This document shows positions 31,596 through 32,000 of a stretch of DNA of 32,000 nucleotides, piece after piece. Positions within the stretch are counted from its first letter, which is position 1, and each line of letters begins with the position of its first letter. Made by a program: the position numbers and the translations under genes. Below the pieces are notes generated by a model, which saw only the letters and a list, made by a program, of their open reading frames with translations, was not told the DNA's origin and did no database searches. Source of the stretch: Microcystis aeruginosa NIES-2549 (GTDB taxonomy: Bacteria > Cyanobacteriota > Cyanobacteriia > Cyanobacteriales > Microcystaceae); the NCBI RefSeq assembly GCF_000981785.2, contig NZ_CP011304.1, positions 600,001-632,000 on the forward strand, written 5' to 3'.

Positions 31596-32000
31596 TTAGG
31601 GATTTTTTTCAAACTGCAAAGCGGCAGAGTTGAGACAATAGCGTTTTCCCGTCGGGGGTGGACCATCATTAAAAACGTGACCGAGATGAGCATCACAGGT
31701 GGCACAAACAATCTCTGTCCGCACCATGAAAAAACTAACATCTCGTTCGTACTTAATATTAGCCTCGTTAGCAGCAGTCCAGAAACTCGGCCAACCAGTA
31801 CCCGAATCATACTTGCTGTCAGAAGTAAATAACTCCGTACCACAGCAGACACATTTGTAAATACCTTTTTCTTTATTATCGTGATATTTACCAGTAAAAG
31901 CCCGTTCTGTTCCCTTTTTGCGGGTAACTTGGAACTGTTCGGGAGTTAGCTGGGCCCGCCATTCCGCCTCGGTTTTACGAACTTTTTCTACCATAGTCAT
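31596..32000 (-). CDS. msrB: Peptide-methionine (R)-S-oxide reductase
   Basis: Two CxxC pairs ([19 protein letters not shown]) and the RYCLNS catalytic Cys motif. The ATG sits at the window edge, so a longer N-terminus cannot be excluded. Confidence 0.9.
   Translation of the reverse strand: MTMVEKVRKTEAEWRAQLTPEQFQVTRKKGTERAFTGKYHDNKEKGIYKCVCCGTELFTSDSKYDSGTGWPSFWTAANEANIKYERDVSFFMVRTEIVCATCDAHLGHVFNDGPPPTGKRYCLNSAALQFEKNP

Overview
The window reads as a cyanobacterial chromosome, most like Microcystis. This rests on the apcA-apcB-apcC phycobilisome core operon, psbA, a CpcT-type bilin lyase, cyanase, at least five HIP1 (GCGATCGC) octamers, very frequent CGATCG, and heptamer tandem repeats between genes. 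Housekeeping genes occupy about 1-9.9 kb (partial CbiQ/EcfT-like gene, coaE, purC, thrS, a Zn/Mn-type metal-binding protein, a COG0523 GTPase, an M1 aminopeptidase-HEAT fusion) and about 22.6-32 kb (SSF symporter, cpcT, PotD-like binding protein, M50 protease, ruvA, apcABC, msrB). The stretch from about 10 to 22.6 kb looks accessory. It holds a DUF433/PIN-like toxin-antitoxin (TA) pair lying between two diverged copies of a PEP-CTERM gene 3' end, a HAF-repeat PEP-CTERM protein, and a 33-bp tandem-repeat element with inverted termini. It also holds a DUF29-like gene, an IS4-family insertion sequence with clear terminal inverted repeats and a 9-bp target duplication, two tandem RelE/YafQ-like TA modules (one toxin truncated), and two small membrane proteins. 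The best candidate for an undescribed system is a pair of diverged paralogues encoding an N-terminal HTH-like domain fused to an NB-ARC/STAND NTPase, with no C-terminal repeat sensor. One copy is cleanly interrupted by the IS. The other is intact and divergently paired with a two-gene membrane-protein cassette. All functional calls come from reading the translations, and no database search was possible.
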